Source: Octopus bimaculoides | Lineage: Eukaryota | DNA: 64,000 nucleotides | Direction: 5' to 3' | Assembly: GCF_001194135.2 (NCBI RefSeq) | Contig: NC_068990.1 | Location: 36,087,353 to 36,151,352 of the forward strand | In this document: one piece after another, positions 24,820-38,789 of the stretch | Numbering within the stretch: position 1 is the first letter of the stretch | How the letters are laid out: each line of letters opens with the position of its first letter | Program-made: the position numbers and the translations under genes | Notes under the pieces: model-generated | The model's input: the letters and a program-made list of their open reading frames with translations, nothing else | Told to the model about the DNA's origin: nothing | Databases searched by the model: none

Positions 24820-24914
24820 TCGCACAGTCATGTATACATATACACATAGATATATGTCTCTAACAAGATGATGCGGTCCATACTATTCTTTTTGTTGATA
24901 TTTATTTTCAACAG

Positions 24915-24939
24915 CAGAACAAATACGTCAACCAATCAG
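24915..24939 (+). CDS. Candidate 25-nt micro-exon
   Basis: tatttattttcaacAG acceptor and cag|GTgagc donor; phase-1 reading EQIRQPI. Confidence 0.25.
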
Positions 24940-25321
24940 GTGAGCTTGTCTCAATTCGGATGAGGCATAAATCTATCGAATGTGAAAGCTGAAAAGATAA
25001 TTAGAAATGTTTATGTAGGCAATACTACATATTCATAGTTGAAGGATGACAACACAACAAAAGGTATTACATTCATGAGGAAGTATTTTGACAATTTTAT
25101 CTGTTGAAATTCACCGAAGTTCACAAGACGAGTTTTCTGAATTCAAATAAAGTTTAAACTTATCAATTACAGAATTGAGAAAGAAATCTAAATGCCACTG
25201 TGTTTTTCATGCACACACACACCACACACACGCGCACACATACAGACGCACACACACATTCACACTCACATATACGCAAATACGTATTTATAAATACACA
25301 TAGACACATAAACATTTACTC

Positions 25322-25360
<39 letters not shown>

Positions 25361-25512
25361 TANNNNNNNNNNNNNNNNNNNNNNNNNNNNNNNNNNNNNN
25401 NNNNNNNNNNNNNNNNNNNNNNNNNNNNNNNNNNNNNNNNNNNNNNNNNNNNNNNNNNNNNNNNNNNNNNNNNNNNNNNNNNNNNNNNNNNNNNNNNNNN
25501 NNNNNNNNNNNN

Positions 25513-25556
<44 letters not shown>

Positions 25557-25775
25557 TATAATACAAATAATAAATGAGTATATGCATATATACGTACATG
25601 TATGTACATACTTACATCTACCTGTATATATATAGATGCATATCTGGGTACAGGACATTGCAAACAAAGCGTAGACGAAATGATAAACGAGTACAGAAAA
25701 CACACAAGCCACATAGAGAACATCTCCTTCATCAGCTGCCCCCATTCTAACACAGGCGTTTCGTAGTGTATATAT

Positions 25776-26100
25776 ATGAAGGCGCGTGGTTTAGTAGTTA
25801 TGGCATTCGGCTCATGATCGTAAAGTCGTGAGTTCGATTCCCGGCGACGCGTGGTGTCCTTGAGCAAGACACTTTATTTCACGTTGCTCCAGTCCACTCA
25901 GCTGGCAAAAATGAGTAGTACTTGTATTTCAAAAGGACGGCCTTATCACGCTATGTGTCACACTGAGTCTCCCTGAGAACTACGTTGGGGGGTACACGTG
26001 TCTGTGGATTGCTCAGTCACTTGCACGTTAATTTCACGAGCAGGCTTTTCCGTGGATCGTATCAGCTGGGATCTTCGTCGTCGTAATCGGCAGAGTGCTC
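25776..26100 (+). mobile_element. tRNA-derived SINE, second family
   Basis: atgaaggcgcgtggtttagtagtt head, B box gagttcgattccc, gtgtccttgagcaagacacttt, ctccagtccactcagctg. Confidence 0.88.
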
Positions 26101-26133
26101 CTTTCTTTATATATATATATATATATATATATA

Positions 26134-26390
26134 TGCATGGTTTAGTGGTACGTTCGGGTCATTCTCAAATTGACCCTTGCGTAGTGTCCTTGAGAAAAAC
26201 ATTACATTTCACGTCGCTCTGTGATCATTTCGTCATCTGACATGTGGAACGTTGTGCACCTGTACAGGTAATGTCGATTTGATGGAGGGAGTGAGCTTAT
26301 GCGAACACAAACATTTGATCGCTATAAATAAATCATGTGTGGCTGTTCAGCAACAAAGTGCAGAACCCTCACGCGTCGTCCAGTGACATG
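26134..26390 (+). mobile_element. Diverged tRNA-derived SINE related to the second family
   Basis: gcatggtttagtggt head and gtagtgtccttgagaaaaacattacatttcacg block. Confidence 0.65.
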
Positions 26391-26427
26391 AAAGTTCAAG
26401 ATATATACATATACATATGTGTATGTG

Positions 26428-26512
<85 letters not shown>

Positions 26513-26628
26513 GTCTGTCTGTCTATCTATCTGTCTGTCTATCTATCTGTCTATCTATCTATCTGTCTATCTATCGCTCTCTCTCTCTCTCTCTCTCNNN
26601 NNNNNNNNNNNNNNNNNNNNNNNNNNNN

Positions 26629-26681
<53 letters not shown>

Positions 26682-26930
26682 CACGTATACATATATAAAT
26701 ATATGTATGCGTGTATATGTAAATATGTAAGCATGTATCTATGTATACATACATATATATATATATGTATGTATGTGTATATATGTATATATGTACATGT
26801 ATATATATATGTATGTATATATGTACATGTATATATATACGTATGTATATATGTGTATATATATATTGATATATCAATGTATGTATATACACATGTATAT
26901 ATACATATATATATACATATATATATATAN
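26428..26930. repeat. (CTAT/CTGT)n, (CT)n and (TA)n microsatellite mosaic
   Basis: Direct reading. Confidence 0.95.
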
Positions 26931-27116
26931 NNNNNNNNNATTTGAAACACAAGTTCATAAATATATTTCTATTTCTTTATTTAGCTAGACATTGTAAGCC
27001 GTGAGAAATGGAACCCTAGATTATTTCTGATGATATAATGTGTATGTATCACACCGCTTCAGAAAACGCGGGAGAAAGTATGTCACATCTAATCACTGCT
27101 CGATACTTTCAACTCG

Positions 27117-27148
<32 letters not shown>

Positions 27149-27485
27149 CTGTGTGTGTGTGTGTTTGTGCGTGTGTGTGTGTGCGTGCGCGTAAGTATAT
27201 GAATGTGTATAACGTACAGTTGATGCCAAATGTGCATTTAACGTGCCTTAGTGACCCACAAAGTTATCGACTATCTCTAATATCTCAATATTCCTTATTA
27301 GATACTACATATAATTACGATCAATCTATTTTCTCAAGGCGATAATTCCGAATCATTTAATTACAGTTTTAATTAAAATTAGAAATTAACCCTCAAGTCT
27401 ATTGATCTGCTTTATTGTTAAAGATGTTCATTTTTTTATTATTACTATCGATTTTGTAGTTGTTTTACTGATTATTGTAAATGTT

Positions 27486-27686
27486 ATTCTTTTCTACTCT
27501 GGGCACAAGGCCCGAAATTTTGGGGAGGGGGCCAGTCGATTAGATCGACCCAGTACGCAACTGGTATTTAATTTATCGACCCGCAAAGAATAAAAGGCAA
27601 AGTCGACCTCAGCGGACTTTGAACTCAGAGCATAAAGACAGAAGAAATACTGCTAAGCATTTCGCCCTCGGCGTGCCAACGTTTCT
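27486..27686 (-). mobile_element. Nin/Deu-like SINE, first of a tandem pair
   Basis: Reverse complement matches the 662-856 copy including the gggccttgtgcc..agagtagaaaagaat tail. Confidence 0.9.
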
Positions 27687-27908
27687 TAGTTCTTTATTGC
27701 CCACAAGGGGCTAACCATAGAGGGGACAAAGAAGGACAGACAAAAGCCTTACATCGACCCAAGTGCGTAACTGGTACTTAATTTATCGACCTCGAAAGGA
27801 TGAAAGGTAAAGTCGACCTGGGCGGAATTTGAACTCAGAACGTAACGGAAAACGAAATCTCGCTAAGCATTTCACCCGGCGTGCTAACGTTTCTGTGCCA
27901 GCTCGCCG
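27687..27908 (-). mobile_element. Nin/Deu-like SINE, second of a tandem pair, with a different 3' tail
   Basis: Same head and core (ggcgagctggc, gagttcaaattcc, gtcgactttacctttcatcctttcgaggtcgataaatt) but tail tgtctgtccttctttgtcccctctatggttagccccttgtgggcaataaagaa. Confidence 0.9.
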
Positions 27909-28499
27909 TTTTAATTATAATTGTTATTGCGATTATTGTTGTTGGTTCAGTGTTTTACTATCATCATCATCATTATCACCACCACCATCACCACCACCAC
28001 CACCACCAACATTCAGCAGTGCCTAGTAGAACTATTACAAAAGGTTTGCTTCCTTGGCACGACCAGAATAATCAGGAAAGTATTAGATGGCTGACAAAAA
28101 AAAACGAATAGCATGATACCGTAGGCTGCAGGTAGCAAACCCGCTACGCATGCAAGACTCCAGGAGCTCCAACAAAACCTGTAATAAAGAGAAAGTATAA
28201 GTATAGTGATTGCTTACATATGTTACCTCTTGCAGGCGCATGCCTTTAGCTTACACACCTGCAATATTGCGTGACATATATATGTGCCCGTGTATGTCAG
28301 TGCGAATAAATATTTTCGCTATAATTACCTGATTATATATTGTCGTGTACATGTATAAAACAGTTAACTAATTTGAAAATTGTACGTAAATATTTGCACG
28401 TATTCATATATTTGCGTCATGTATGAGCAACAATGTTAATGTAAGCGTTTTATTTGTGCCCAAGAAGATAGCTTGTTGAATTGTTAAGGTGTCGGACAA

Positions 28500-28830
28500 A
28501 AATACGAGATCTATAACAGCTCACTCCATTTTGAATTCAAACATCACCGAGAGCAATCTTGTTTTCATCCTTCCGCAGTGGATAAAAATAAAAGCCCAAT
28601 AAGTACTTGTTCAATATTATCTCCAAATTGGTGTCCTTTTGCATATGTCCAGAAACCGATATTATATTGGTGCGATATGTAGCTGTGTTTTGGCATAGTG
28701 ATCGAAGTACCATAATCAATGGCGGCTGCAGATGTTGTGTCGGCAATTTGTGGAATGAGAATGTTTGTTAATAGTGCACTTTTATCCTCACTCTGTTGTA
28801 GATTTATAAGGGATCTAACACAAACAAATA
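28500..28830 (-). pseudogene. Possible ancient LINE reverse-transcriptase fragment
   Basis: Long open minus frame ..AAAIDY....PKHSYI.. followed by EG*KQDCS, loosely resembling the RT IDY/KAFD and GVKQGC blocks; weak. Confidence 0.25.
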
Positions 28831-29183
28831 TTTACGTTATATTTGAATATTCTGCTTCGATCTTTTATGATTTGTTTGTGCATAAACATACGAACACACA
28901 TACATATGCATGTATGAATAAGTGTGATATTGCATAAACGTGTATCCAAGATAGGCAAATGTGAACTGAACTACATTCGAGAGATGAAGAGTCACTTGAT
29001 GCCATAATCTAGACGACTATGCTAATCCTTGCACTAACGAAACTGAGGTGGTTTTGTGCTGCCTTATTATTCTTTTACTATCTTGAACTCATGCTTATAA
29101 AATGTATAATTCAATAACTGAATGTATATATGTGGTTATATATATGTATGTATGTATATATGTATATACAGACATATATACAC

Positions 29184-29244
<61 letters not shown>

Positions 29245-30183
29245 NNNNNNNNNNNNNNNNNNNNNNNNNNNNNNNNNNNNNNNNNNNNNNNNNNNNNNNN
29301 NNNNNNNNNNNNNNNNNNNNNNNNNNNNNNNNNNNNNNNNNNNNNNNNNNNNNNNNNNNNNNNNNNNNNNNNNNNNNNNNNNNNNNNNNNNNNNNNNNNN
29401 NNNNNNNNNNNNNNNNNNNNNNNNNNNNNNNNNNNNNNNNNNNNNNNNNNNNNNNNNNNNNNNNNNNNNNNNNNNNNNNNNNNNNNNNNNNNNNNNNNNN
29501 NNNNNNNNNNNNNNNNNNNNNNNNNNNNNNNNNNNNNNNNNNNNNNNNNNNNNNNNNNNNNNNNNNNNNNNNNNNNNNNNNNNNNNNNNNNNNNNNNNNN
29601 NNNNNNNNNNNNNNNNNNNNNNNNNNNNNNNNNNNNNNNNNNNNNNNNNNNNNNNNNNNNNNNNNNNNNNNNNNNNNNNNNNNNNNNNNNNNNNNNNNNN
29701 NNNNNNNNNNNNNNNNNNNNNNNNNNNNNNNNNNNNNNNNNNNNNNNNNNNNNNNNNNNNNNNNNNNNNNNNNNNNNNNNNNNNNNNNNNNNNNNNNNNN
29801 NNNNNNNNNNNNNNNNNNNNNNNNNNNNNNNNNNNNNNNNNNNNNNNNNNNNNNNNNNNNNNNNNNNNNNNNNNNNNNNNNNNNNNNNNNNNNNNNNNNN
29901 NNNNNNNNNNNNNNNNNNNNNNNNNNNNNNNNNNNNNNNNNNNNNNNNNNNNNNNNNNNNNNNNNNNNNNNNNNNNNNNNNNNNNNNNNNNATAATATTT
30001 ATTTCTAAAAATCAATCGTGTTTTATGTATTACATCGACATTTGTCTATTTATGTATATTTATACATTGTGGAATTTTTATTACCATTTTATAAAGAATA
30101 TATATATATTTATATTAGTTTCGAAGGTGTATTTTAATTATATTCTTTTAGACACCGCATGTGTTGCATCCATAAAAATATTA

Positions 30184-30223
<40 letters not shown>

Positions 30224-30471
30224 CGTGCGTATAAAATCAAAATAAGTAACATGGATATCCAGAGGTAATGCAGTACGATCGTTTTCACGCAACTCCGTTT
30301 AATTGAACAATGAAACCATTACATCAATTTAAAAGCAGAGCAATCCTCAGCTGCACAAAGACATAGAATTTGATTAAAACAGATGGACACGTTAGTATAA
30401 TTTTGCTTAAAATCTCCAAGAAGTTAAGGAGATAGACAAAGAACATGTCTTCGCTTCAGCTTAGAAGCTAC

Positions 30472-30995
30472 GTAGTTCTGAATCCACCAGAAACCACTAT
30501 GGCAGCTTTTTTTTCAAATTATGCAAATGTGATCTGTTTGCCCGAACACTGTTGTATGTAGAGGTTCCCGTGTACTATACCTGGGCACACAATAGATGGA
30601 ACAGACGCAAGCAAGGAGCATGCGTTGAGGGCTGGGAAGAAGATGCTGTCTTCAGAAGTGGGGCCATCGGGCGGGTGTACACTGTGCACCCTAATCAGCA
30701 GGAGTGCTTCTTTCTGCATCTACTGCTACACACTGTCAAAGGTCCTACATCATTCATAGACTTTCGAAGACGCAATGGAGAAGTTTGTCCGACCTACAGA
30801 GAAGCCAAACATGGACTACTGGAAGACGATGCTCACTAGGACCAAACACTGGGGAAGGCAGCAGTCAGCTCAGAACTAAGGCAACTGTGCCAGCTATTTT
30901 CTATCATATTGATGACATGTGGCTTGCGCGAACCTCTCAATCTTTGAATAACTAGCAAAACCAGCATGGCATAGGACATCCTATGAAGGATTCAA
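30472..30995 (+). mobile_element. Helitron Rep-Hel protein fragment (region between Rep and helicase)
   Basis: PPETTMAAFFKLCKCDLFARTLLYVEVPVYYTW...IGRVYTVHPNQQECFFLHLLLHTVKGPTSF..GEVCPTYREA..GLLEDDAH*..LRQLCQLFSIILMTC; typical Helitron motifs, with stops. Confidence 0.92.
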
Positions 30996-33900
30996 AGGCA
31001 AACTTCAGCTTGACTCAAGAGTGGTAAGGTTATACTGTAGAATTTCTGATACAATCTACCCGATGGGCTTCCACACAGTTGCTCTTCTACCCAGTTCCAT
31101 TCAAAAAGTATGGGTTGAACCGAGATTTTAGAAAATGGCACTTGCTTCCTTGCGTAAACTGAACCACGACATCATTACTGCGAAGCAGACTCCTTTACAA
31201 ATGTGCATGTATGTATATACACACATATATGTGCATGTATACATATGTAATTTATGTATACATACATTTCTATGTATGTATGTATGTATGTATGTATGTA
31301 TGTATGTATGAATGAATGTATGTATGAATGTATGTATGTATGTGAATGCACACAAACATACATATTAATTGTAACGAACGGAAGCAAAAGTACTCACTAC
31401 CGGAAGTAGAAAATAAATTATTAATTTCTGTCGATCGATTGTTCTTGATTAATTTAAATGAACCTGCGCTTGATGAAACCCAGAATCTCAGCCAGTTTAG
31501 GTTCCGGCTGACCGAATTAAATAAATTACATTAAATAAATACAGTCACACACACGCAGCGTGCTCACACATACACACATAGACATATAACACACACACAT
31601 ATATATGCACACACCTAGTTACAGACGTGCATTCATTACATAAATACACATATACACTTGTACATTGAATACACCCTTGCAAACAAACACGTAAATATTT
31701 TAGATATTTATAACTGCGTTTATTCATAAGCTTACACATGCACAAAAGAATGAAATTACACGCATGCAAGCAGATATACGTGTGTGCATACATTCAACTA
31801 ATATACTGGCAAACAACCATACATACATATGTGTATATAATGTCTTCCGATCTACTTTTCCCCAATATGCGCTGGTAATTACCAACTGCATTGGAACAGT
31901 TTTAAACAATATACCACTTGTAATGTAACCTTTAATTCAACAATACATCTATATTGAACAAACAATTTTTGAAATGAACCTTCGTTGCAGCTCGGTTGGA
32001 ATTCTGCCAGGGTTCTTTGAGATTAATTGACTGAGAAATTGTTAGTGGAAGGTACAAGTAATAGTATCAAGAATATATAGTAAATACAGAAAAATAGAAT
32101 CAGAAATAAATAGACTTGAAAACGTGGGAAAGAAGAGGGAGCTGGATAGAAGAGGGAAGTGGAGAGGAGGGGGAACTGGAGAGGAGGTGATGGGTTGTTT
32201 GTGAAATGAGATACCAGTGAATGAAAGGGATTTAGAGAGATAGAATGAGTGAAAATGAGAGATAGTTATAAAGTAAATATGAAACTGGGAGAAAATATAG
32301 CAGTGGAAGGGGAAGAAAAGAAAAAAGACTAAGGAAAAGAACCAAAAAGACCCAAAAAGAATAAAAGCTAGCGATGGGAAAGGGGAGACAAACGAGAGGA
32401 AAGAGAAACAGTAATATTCTATAAATGGATCGAACATATATATATATATACATGTATGTGTGTGTGTGTATTAATATTTTCTAATGTACGTTTATTTCAT
32501 ATATATCTGATCTAGTTACGACTTTGTTTTATTATTTTGTTCATGTAATATATTTTCTGTAATATTTATTTATTTATTTCTATTTATCGATAAATTCGTT
32601 TAGAGTGTTTTATTGAAAACCAATGATGTTTACAAGAATTCCTGCTCACTCACTTATATTTCGGTACAATTGGCTGGTAACTTTGTTTAGCTTATCCGTA
32701 AATGTACCCGGCAACAATTTACTTCTCAACACACAGACTGACGGAGACACATTGATATGCTTCCATACACAAGCACACGCATATGTATATGCATACGGAT
32801 GTGCATTTATACATGTATGTATATAGGTATATGTATATTCAGACAAAGACATCAATATATATTTCATATACATGTATACATATATACATGTGAATAGATG
32901 CATATATTTAGATATACCTAATTGTACGTGTATACACACATTTATATTTACATTTATATATAAAGCCTGTATATATATATATATATATACAGGAATTTCT
33001 ATACATACATATACATATACATATACATATATATATGTATATATATTTATATAAATGTATGTATTCATAGATATGTATGTATATATATGTGTGTGTATGT
33101 GTGTGTGTATTTATATATGCATACGTTTATGCCTGTATGTGTAAGCGTTCGTGTGTACACATTTTATGTATCAAATATTTAAAAAGATAGTTGGTATGTC
33201 TGCACTTCCTTCCCTTTCTACAATACATGTGCTCAACCGGTACTGGATAGAGAGTTCCATTTCTAGTGTTGTTGCATTTGACAAAAATACATATACATAC
33301 GCACATATATACATACATACATACACATATATATATTATATATATATATGTCAATCAAATTCTTTGGTTGCTTTTATCTGAAATAACTCGACCGAAGCAA
33401 TAGAAAACAAGAATGACATCAGCTCAGGAAGCAAAACATGATGCATGTTATACATAAGATATATCGGTCAAACACCAGAATTTAATGACTATGAGTACGT
33501 GTACATTAAAGATATATATTGTTAATTCAGTAATAAATATCACCTTTAATTAGTTATTCAAATTATTTCCTTTTTCCACATTCATAAATAAACTGTTACG
33601 TTTATAAGTTTTGTGTATGAGTAAAAGTGAAACAGACAAGGAGTGCGAACTTAAAACAGAAATATACAAGAGAGCATCTGAAGTGTATATGGTAATGGCT
33701 CTCACATTTTGTATTTCAAGAGATACTACAGCGGCACGGCCGGGTTTTCAATAGTATAATTCATTAAAAAATTGAAATTATTGTTAGAGTGTCTTGTAAA
33801 ATGGTCGTTCGTAATTTTGTGATACACAGGAGTGCTTAATAAAATGTAGTACAGTTGCAACACCAACTTACCGGACATTGATGGAATCTCTTATAATGCG

Positions 33901-35299
33901 CTCTAATTTATGTGCAGGAACTTCAATTTCCCTCGGCCGCCAAACTAGATTACTGGGCGGCCCTGTTTCGCAGTACTTTGCGCAGTATAATATTAATAAA
34001 CTTGCATCATTTACATTAATGTACAGGTACATGTATTTCATTTAATTATTTAAGCAAATTCAGTTGATGTTTAATTTAGTGGTCACCACCACTGGTTCGG
34101 AAAAATCTATAACCCGGAAAGGATTTGGAATCAAAAATCTCGGGAGATCGATGATGTTTGCAATTATTTGCTATGTTTTACCGAATATTTAACTTAAAAG
34201 CATAGTCATTTTGTAACTTTCAATATGGAGTATACCAGGAATTTGTTTTCTTCTCTGTCTATCTTCAATATGCTATGGAGTCAAGAAGATTGAGAACCTC
34301 TGGTCCACGATAACATCAACAAACATAACTTGAATAGAAGTAACGCACACAAACAATATTTCTTTTTCATTCGTCATTATAATGTATGGAAACAAGCCAA
34401 GCAAGAAGAAACATTTTGCCCTTTCAAATCCTACAGCCAAGAATTGTAACAAAAACGGCAGCCGAATTTCTATTTTTTATGCTGCAAACTACTTTTACTG
34501 CACATTTCTTCTTACCATCTCTATCTATACCTCACTCCGAAGCAGTGACATAATAAATACTTCCTTGCCAGAACTGCAGCCCTTTTGAATACTTTCTCTA
34601 ACTATGCATACAAGAATATGTTTGGCCTTTTCCATATGGGATTGCATCCGTTGATGTACGTAGGTGTAGATACATAAATAATAAAGGGTTGGTCAGTTTT
34701 TCGACCAACTAACTGGTGAAGAATTCGACGGAGAGTGAACTTCATTTAGATACACTGTAACCAAGTAATCCAGAGGTAAAAAAATGTCGGGTTGAAGAAC
34801 GATCGAAATTGAACAGATATGGAAGTAAAAAATGAACAAATGCTACAAGGCGTAAGGAATGTATTTATAGGAAAAGTTGTTTACACAATTTACACGATGT
34901 GAACTTTATATGCAATTTCTCATAGATATACATATGTTATACCGGTTATTGTTTGTTTGTCATACTACTTATATTCATGCATACATAATATACATACGTA
35001 TGTGATCATACTCACATGTGAAAGAGAGAAAGAGAGAGAAGAGAGAGGGAAATAAAAAGAGTGGTCAGTGGCATGATATTAAACAACAAAGACGAAGAAA
35101 TTATTCTAATATCAAACGAAAGAATTGTAGACTTATTGACATCTTCATTCTGTGTAAAGGTAAAGAAACATCTAACGACTATTGCTACCGACTCCAGTAA
35201 CGAAAGAGAGATAATTTTATGGAACAATCAATTTCCTGAATTTACATGCTATCAAGGTAAAAAAAAAATATTATGTTGTTATCTGGATGTGAGAAGACA

Positions 35300-35345
35300 G
35301 TTATGCAGACGTATTTCTAGCTCTCTAAGCGTCATCAGTTGAGCG
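35300..35345 (-). ncRNA. Possible degenerate hammerhead motif
   Basis: Minus strand ctgatga-c-gct-tagag-agc-ta-gaaa-tacgtc; stem I does not pair well. Confidence 0.3.
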
Positions 35346-35379
35346 TTACCCGACTTTGACCCCAGCCAGACATGGAGAC

Positions 35380-35463
<84 letters not shown>

Positions 35464-36059
35464 TTATATATTTGTGTATATATGCATGTATGTATGTATG
35501 TATGTATGTATATATGTATGTACATGATATATATTTTCGATATTTGCATATCTTCGTGAATGCTGGGATAAATGTGTTTTTGTGTGTTCTGTATTCACAA
35601 ACCTGCTTAAACCATCTAAATACTGACTTGTATCCCATCATCCTCACGAACAATCACTTATCATTCAGTCATCCACGCACTCACACCCCCTACCTGATCT
35701 ATATAGAGAGACACAAACAACTGTCCGTTTTTTAGTAATCAACAAAAAGTTAATACCATTAAAACATGCCTATCCTGTTATTCTGAATTAAATTTTAGCG
35801 ATATTTATTTTTACCTCTGTGGCTATATATATGAAACGGATCAAACCATTTGTTAAATAAATCAGTGTTAACCATTTAGCATTTCACGCTACCATCATGC
35901 AACACCCATCTTTCGCAATTCTTTTCGCCTCAATCTATTGTTTGCTTACACTCTGAAAAATCTCCATATGCAAATCCCGTTGCAACCTACACTCACAGAG
36001 AAATAACAGTAGGCGAGGAAACGAAAAGAATTATATATTCAAAAGCTCACCTATGAAAG

Positions 36060-37020
36060 ATTATGCTATTTAGGACATCTACATACCCGAGATTCGGCTT
36101 CTGGAAATTTTTTGTGTTGATATTTATGTATACATTCAGTAATAGCTGGATTCTCTATATTTATTTCAGGGCAGCCATTTTTCGAATAGCATTGTATATT
36201 CTTTGCGACAATGTCATGTCGCTTAGGAGAGTAGTACCTTGATAGCATTTTTGGGCAACTGCTGAGTAATGACAGAAATATGAAATAATCTACATATTCG
36301 GTTGCATTTTAGGGCTCCAAAAGTTTTACTGTCTCTTTTATTTACTAGGTGTTTTGTACCAGTTACCTGTTCTTGGACTGAAAATACTGTCGAAGCATAA
36401 TGTGATGTAGCGATCACGAATCCAAGGGAGGCTGCACTTTATGGCGATATTACTGTTTCCTTCAAATCTTTAGGAAACATACCCAAATATAGACTTCTTG
36501 TGATTTGATATGCTGAGGTACGTTGGTCTGGATATTTTGGGGATGTATGGGAGGTCATCAGAAAGAGAGCATTTCAAGAGGATCTCACTGCTCACACGTA
36601 GGACGTTGTCTCTTCGCTTTTCAACCTGAGGCTTATATATTTATTTTTGCCGCTGTTACTTTGCAGGTGTTATCTGAGAGAGACTGGATGACATTTGATC
36701 GCTATGTACACTGATCTCAAGCCTTTACCTCCTTCCTCTCTTCTGAAATAGAGCCTACCCATAGCGCTATTTCTGTGGAAGTTTCTAGCTGATGTCATAA
36801 ACCTGCAAGTTTTACTATCTATGGAGTGGATTTCTTCTACAGACCAGTCAAGTATCCCAGATGTTTTAATTAGTACTCTTGCTGCAAATTCATTGTGGGG
36901 TATTGTCTTATAGTACGGGTTCCGACTGCCATATCTTTCTAACTTTGATATAATATTCTCGGTTCTTTATGTTTTCATCAATGCGTAAGTATTTGTAGCA
37001 TCCTGTGGAAAAGGCGAGTT
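36060..37020 (-). mobile_element. R4/Dong-like non-LTR retrotransposon remnant (RT C-terminus to CCHC region)
   Basis: CYKYLRIDEN, VRKIWQSE, GILDWSVEEIHSIDSKT, FHRNSAMGRLYFRREEGGKGLRS, then CR..SCPKMLSRYY..KRHDIVAK; frameshifted. Confidence 0.8.
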
Positions 37021-38029
37021 GGTTAGACCGTAGATGCACAGATTTGGGCTCTGTCTATCTGACAGTCTGTCTGTCTGTCTGTCTGTTTGAATGTCTGTTT
37101 GTCTGTATGTATGTATTTCTTCTTCTTGCAATATCCTGTCTAGCTTTACATTGGCGCGTCAGGTTGTAGAATTCATCTCGTTCAAAATCCGACTGCAGTT
37201 AATTTTTTTCCCGAGACAAAGAGGTGTTTCGGCGCAAGTCGTTTTATATATAGGTGTGTGTGTGTATGCGTGTATGTGTGTGTATGCGTGTGTGTGTGTG
37301 TGTGTGTATGTACGTAAGTAGGTAAGTAGGTAGGTAGGTAGGCAAGTAAGTAGGTCGGTAGGTAGGTAGGTAGGCAGGTAGGCAGGTAGGTAGGTAGGCA
37401 AGAAGGTAGGTAGGTATGTACATTCACCCATAAACACACACACACACACACAATTATATGTATGTATTTATGAATAACATTTTTTCTGAGATAAGTTCGT
37501 TAAGACTTCTCATAACAGTGAAAGGAACCTTTTTTTTTCAAAACACATTTTCGGGATGTTGTTTATTTTCACTTTCTCCCTTATTATTATTGTTGTGGTC
37601 TTCGTTGTACTTGTTGTTCTTGTTGATTTTATTGTTGTTGTTGTTGTTTGTATATATTTTAGATTCGTTATTTAACGAGCAGACACATAGTGCCGAAGTA
37701 GGTGAAATGTAGGGACGTAGATAAGGTTATTGATTTATGTGTTTCAATTGGTCGAGGTAATCATCAGGAATTTTTGTAGCCAAACTTGACAGCGATCAGC
37801 GAGAGTTAACACTGATGAAATGAAGCAACGGTGTTTTTTTTGTCTGTTTTTTTTTTCTTTTCTGTTTTGCTTTTGTGTGTGTGCGTGTGTGGTGTTGCTT
37901 TTTTTTCTGTTTTTATGGATTGATTTTTTTTCTCCCACTGGTGATGTGACTCTGATTGGATGGAATGGTTTCGTATCGAAATGCTAAATGTAGAGGGAGA
38001 AAAAAAATTAGGTGTGAGAAGAAGAAGAA

Positions 38030-38460
38030 CAAGAACAAGAACAAGAAGATAGTAATAATAATAATAAGAAGAAGATGATGATAATGATGATGATGATGAT
38101 GATGATGATAAGAAGAAGAAGAAGGAGATGATGATGATGATGATGATAAGAAGAAGAAGGAGAAGAAGAAGAAGATAGTAATAATGATATTAATAATAAT
38201 AATAATAAGAAGAAGAAGAAGAAGGAAAGAAAGCATAGAGAAATGGAGAAATAAACGAAAACAAATGATGGGTAAATTGGCGGGAAAGAAACTATCGGTG
38301 ATGGTAACGGTAATGATGATGATGACAGCATGCTACTGTTGTTGATGATAATTATGAAGAGGTGGAAAAGAATGATGATGATGACGATGACGACGATGAT
38401 GGTGGTGGTGGTAGTGGGGGTGGTAGTGGGGGTGGTGCTTGTTTTTGGTGGTGGTGTGAA
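38030..38460. repeat. Mosaic of AAG, AAT, GAT and GGT trinucleotide repeats
   Basis: Direct reading. Confidence 0.95.
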
Positions 38461-38641
38461 CTTCGTGGCAAAATAGAAGATCAGGCTGTGAAGTGACGAA
38501 GAGGAGGAATATTAAACAAGAAAAAAAAGAAAAAAACGAAAAGAAAGTTTCAAGAAAAAATCGTATTTGTGTAGATGTGTATGTGTTGGATGTAGTATAG
38601 GACGTGTGTGTATAAATGTGCGTTGGAAGATGTATGTATAA

Positions 38642-38675
<34 letters not shown>

Positions 38676-38742
38676 ATGGGTTTGTTAACGAACAACTTGG
38701 TAAGTTTTGTGAGTTTTAGTGTTTTCTTCGGTGAAACAGAAG

Positions 38743-38789
38743 TGGAATGGAATGGAATGGAATGGAATGGAATGGAATGGAATGGAACT
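38743..38789. repeat. (GGAAT)n pentanucleotide repeat, about 9 units
   Basis: Direct reading. Confidence 0.97.

Noticed and set aside
25700-25770. Minus-strand gaaacgcc...ctgatgaagg as a hammerhead
   Set aside because: The half-motifs are in the wrong order and there is no GAAA after the putative stem II; at most a decayed terminal-repeat remnant.
36066-36248. Cys-containing ORF with good splice-like boundaries, initially read as a host exon
   Set aside because: It is the CCHC/RHD region of the R4/Dong-like LINE remnant.
37735-37770. CTGATGA...GAAA on the minus strand as a hammerhead
   Set aside because: No stem II or stem I pairing.
38743-38789. (GGAAT)n as centromeric satellite
   Set aside because: Only about 9 units; a simple pentanucleotide microsatellite.
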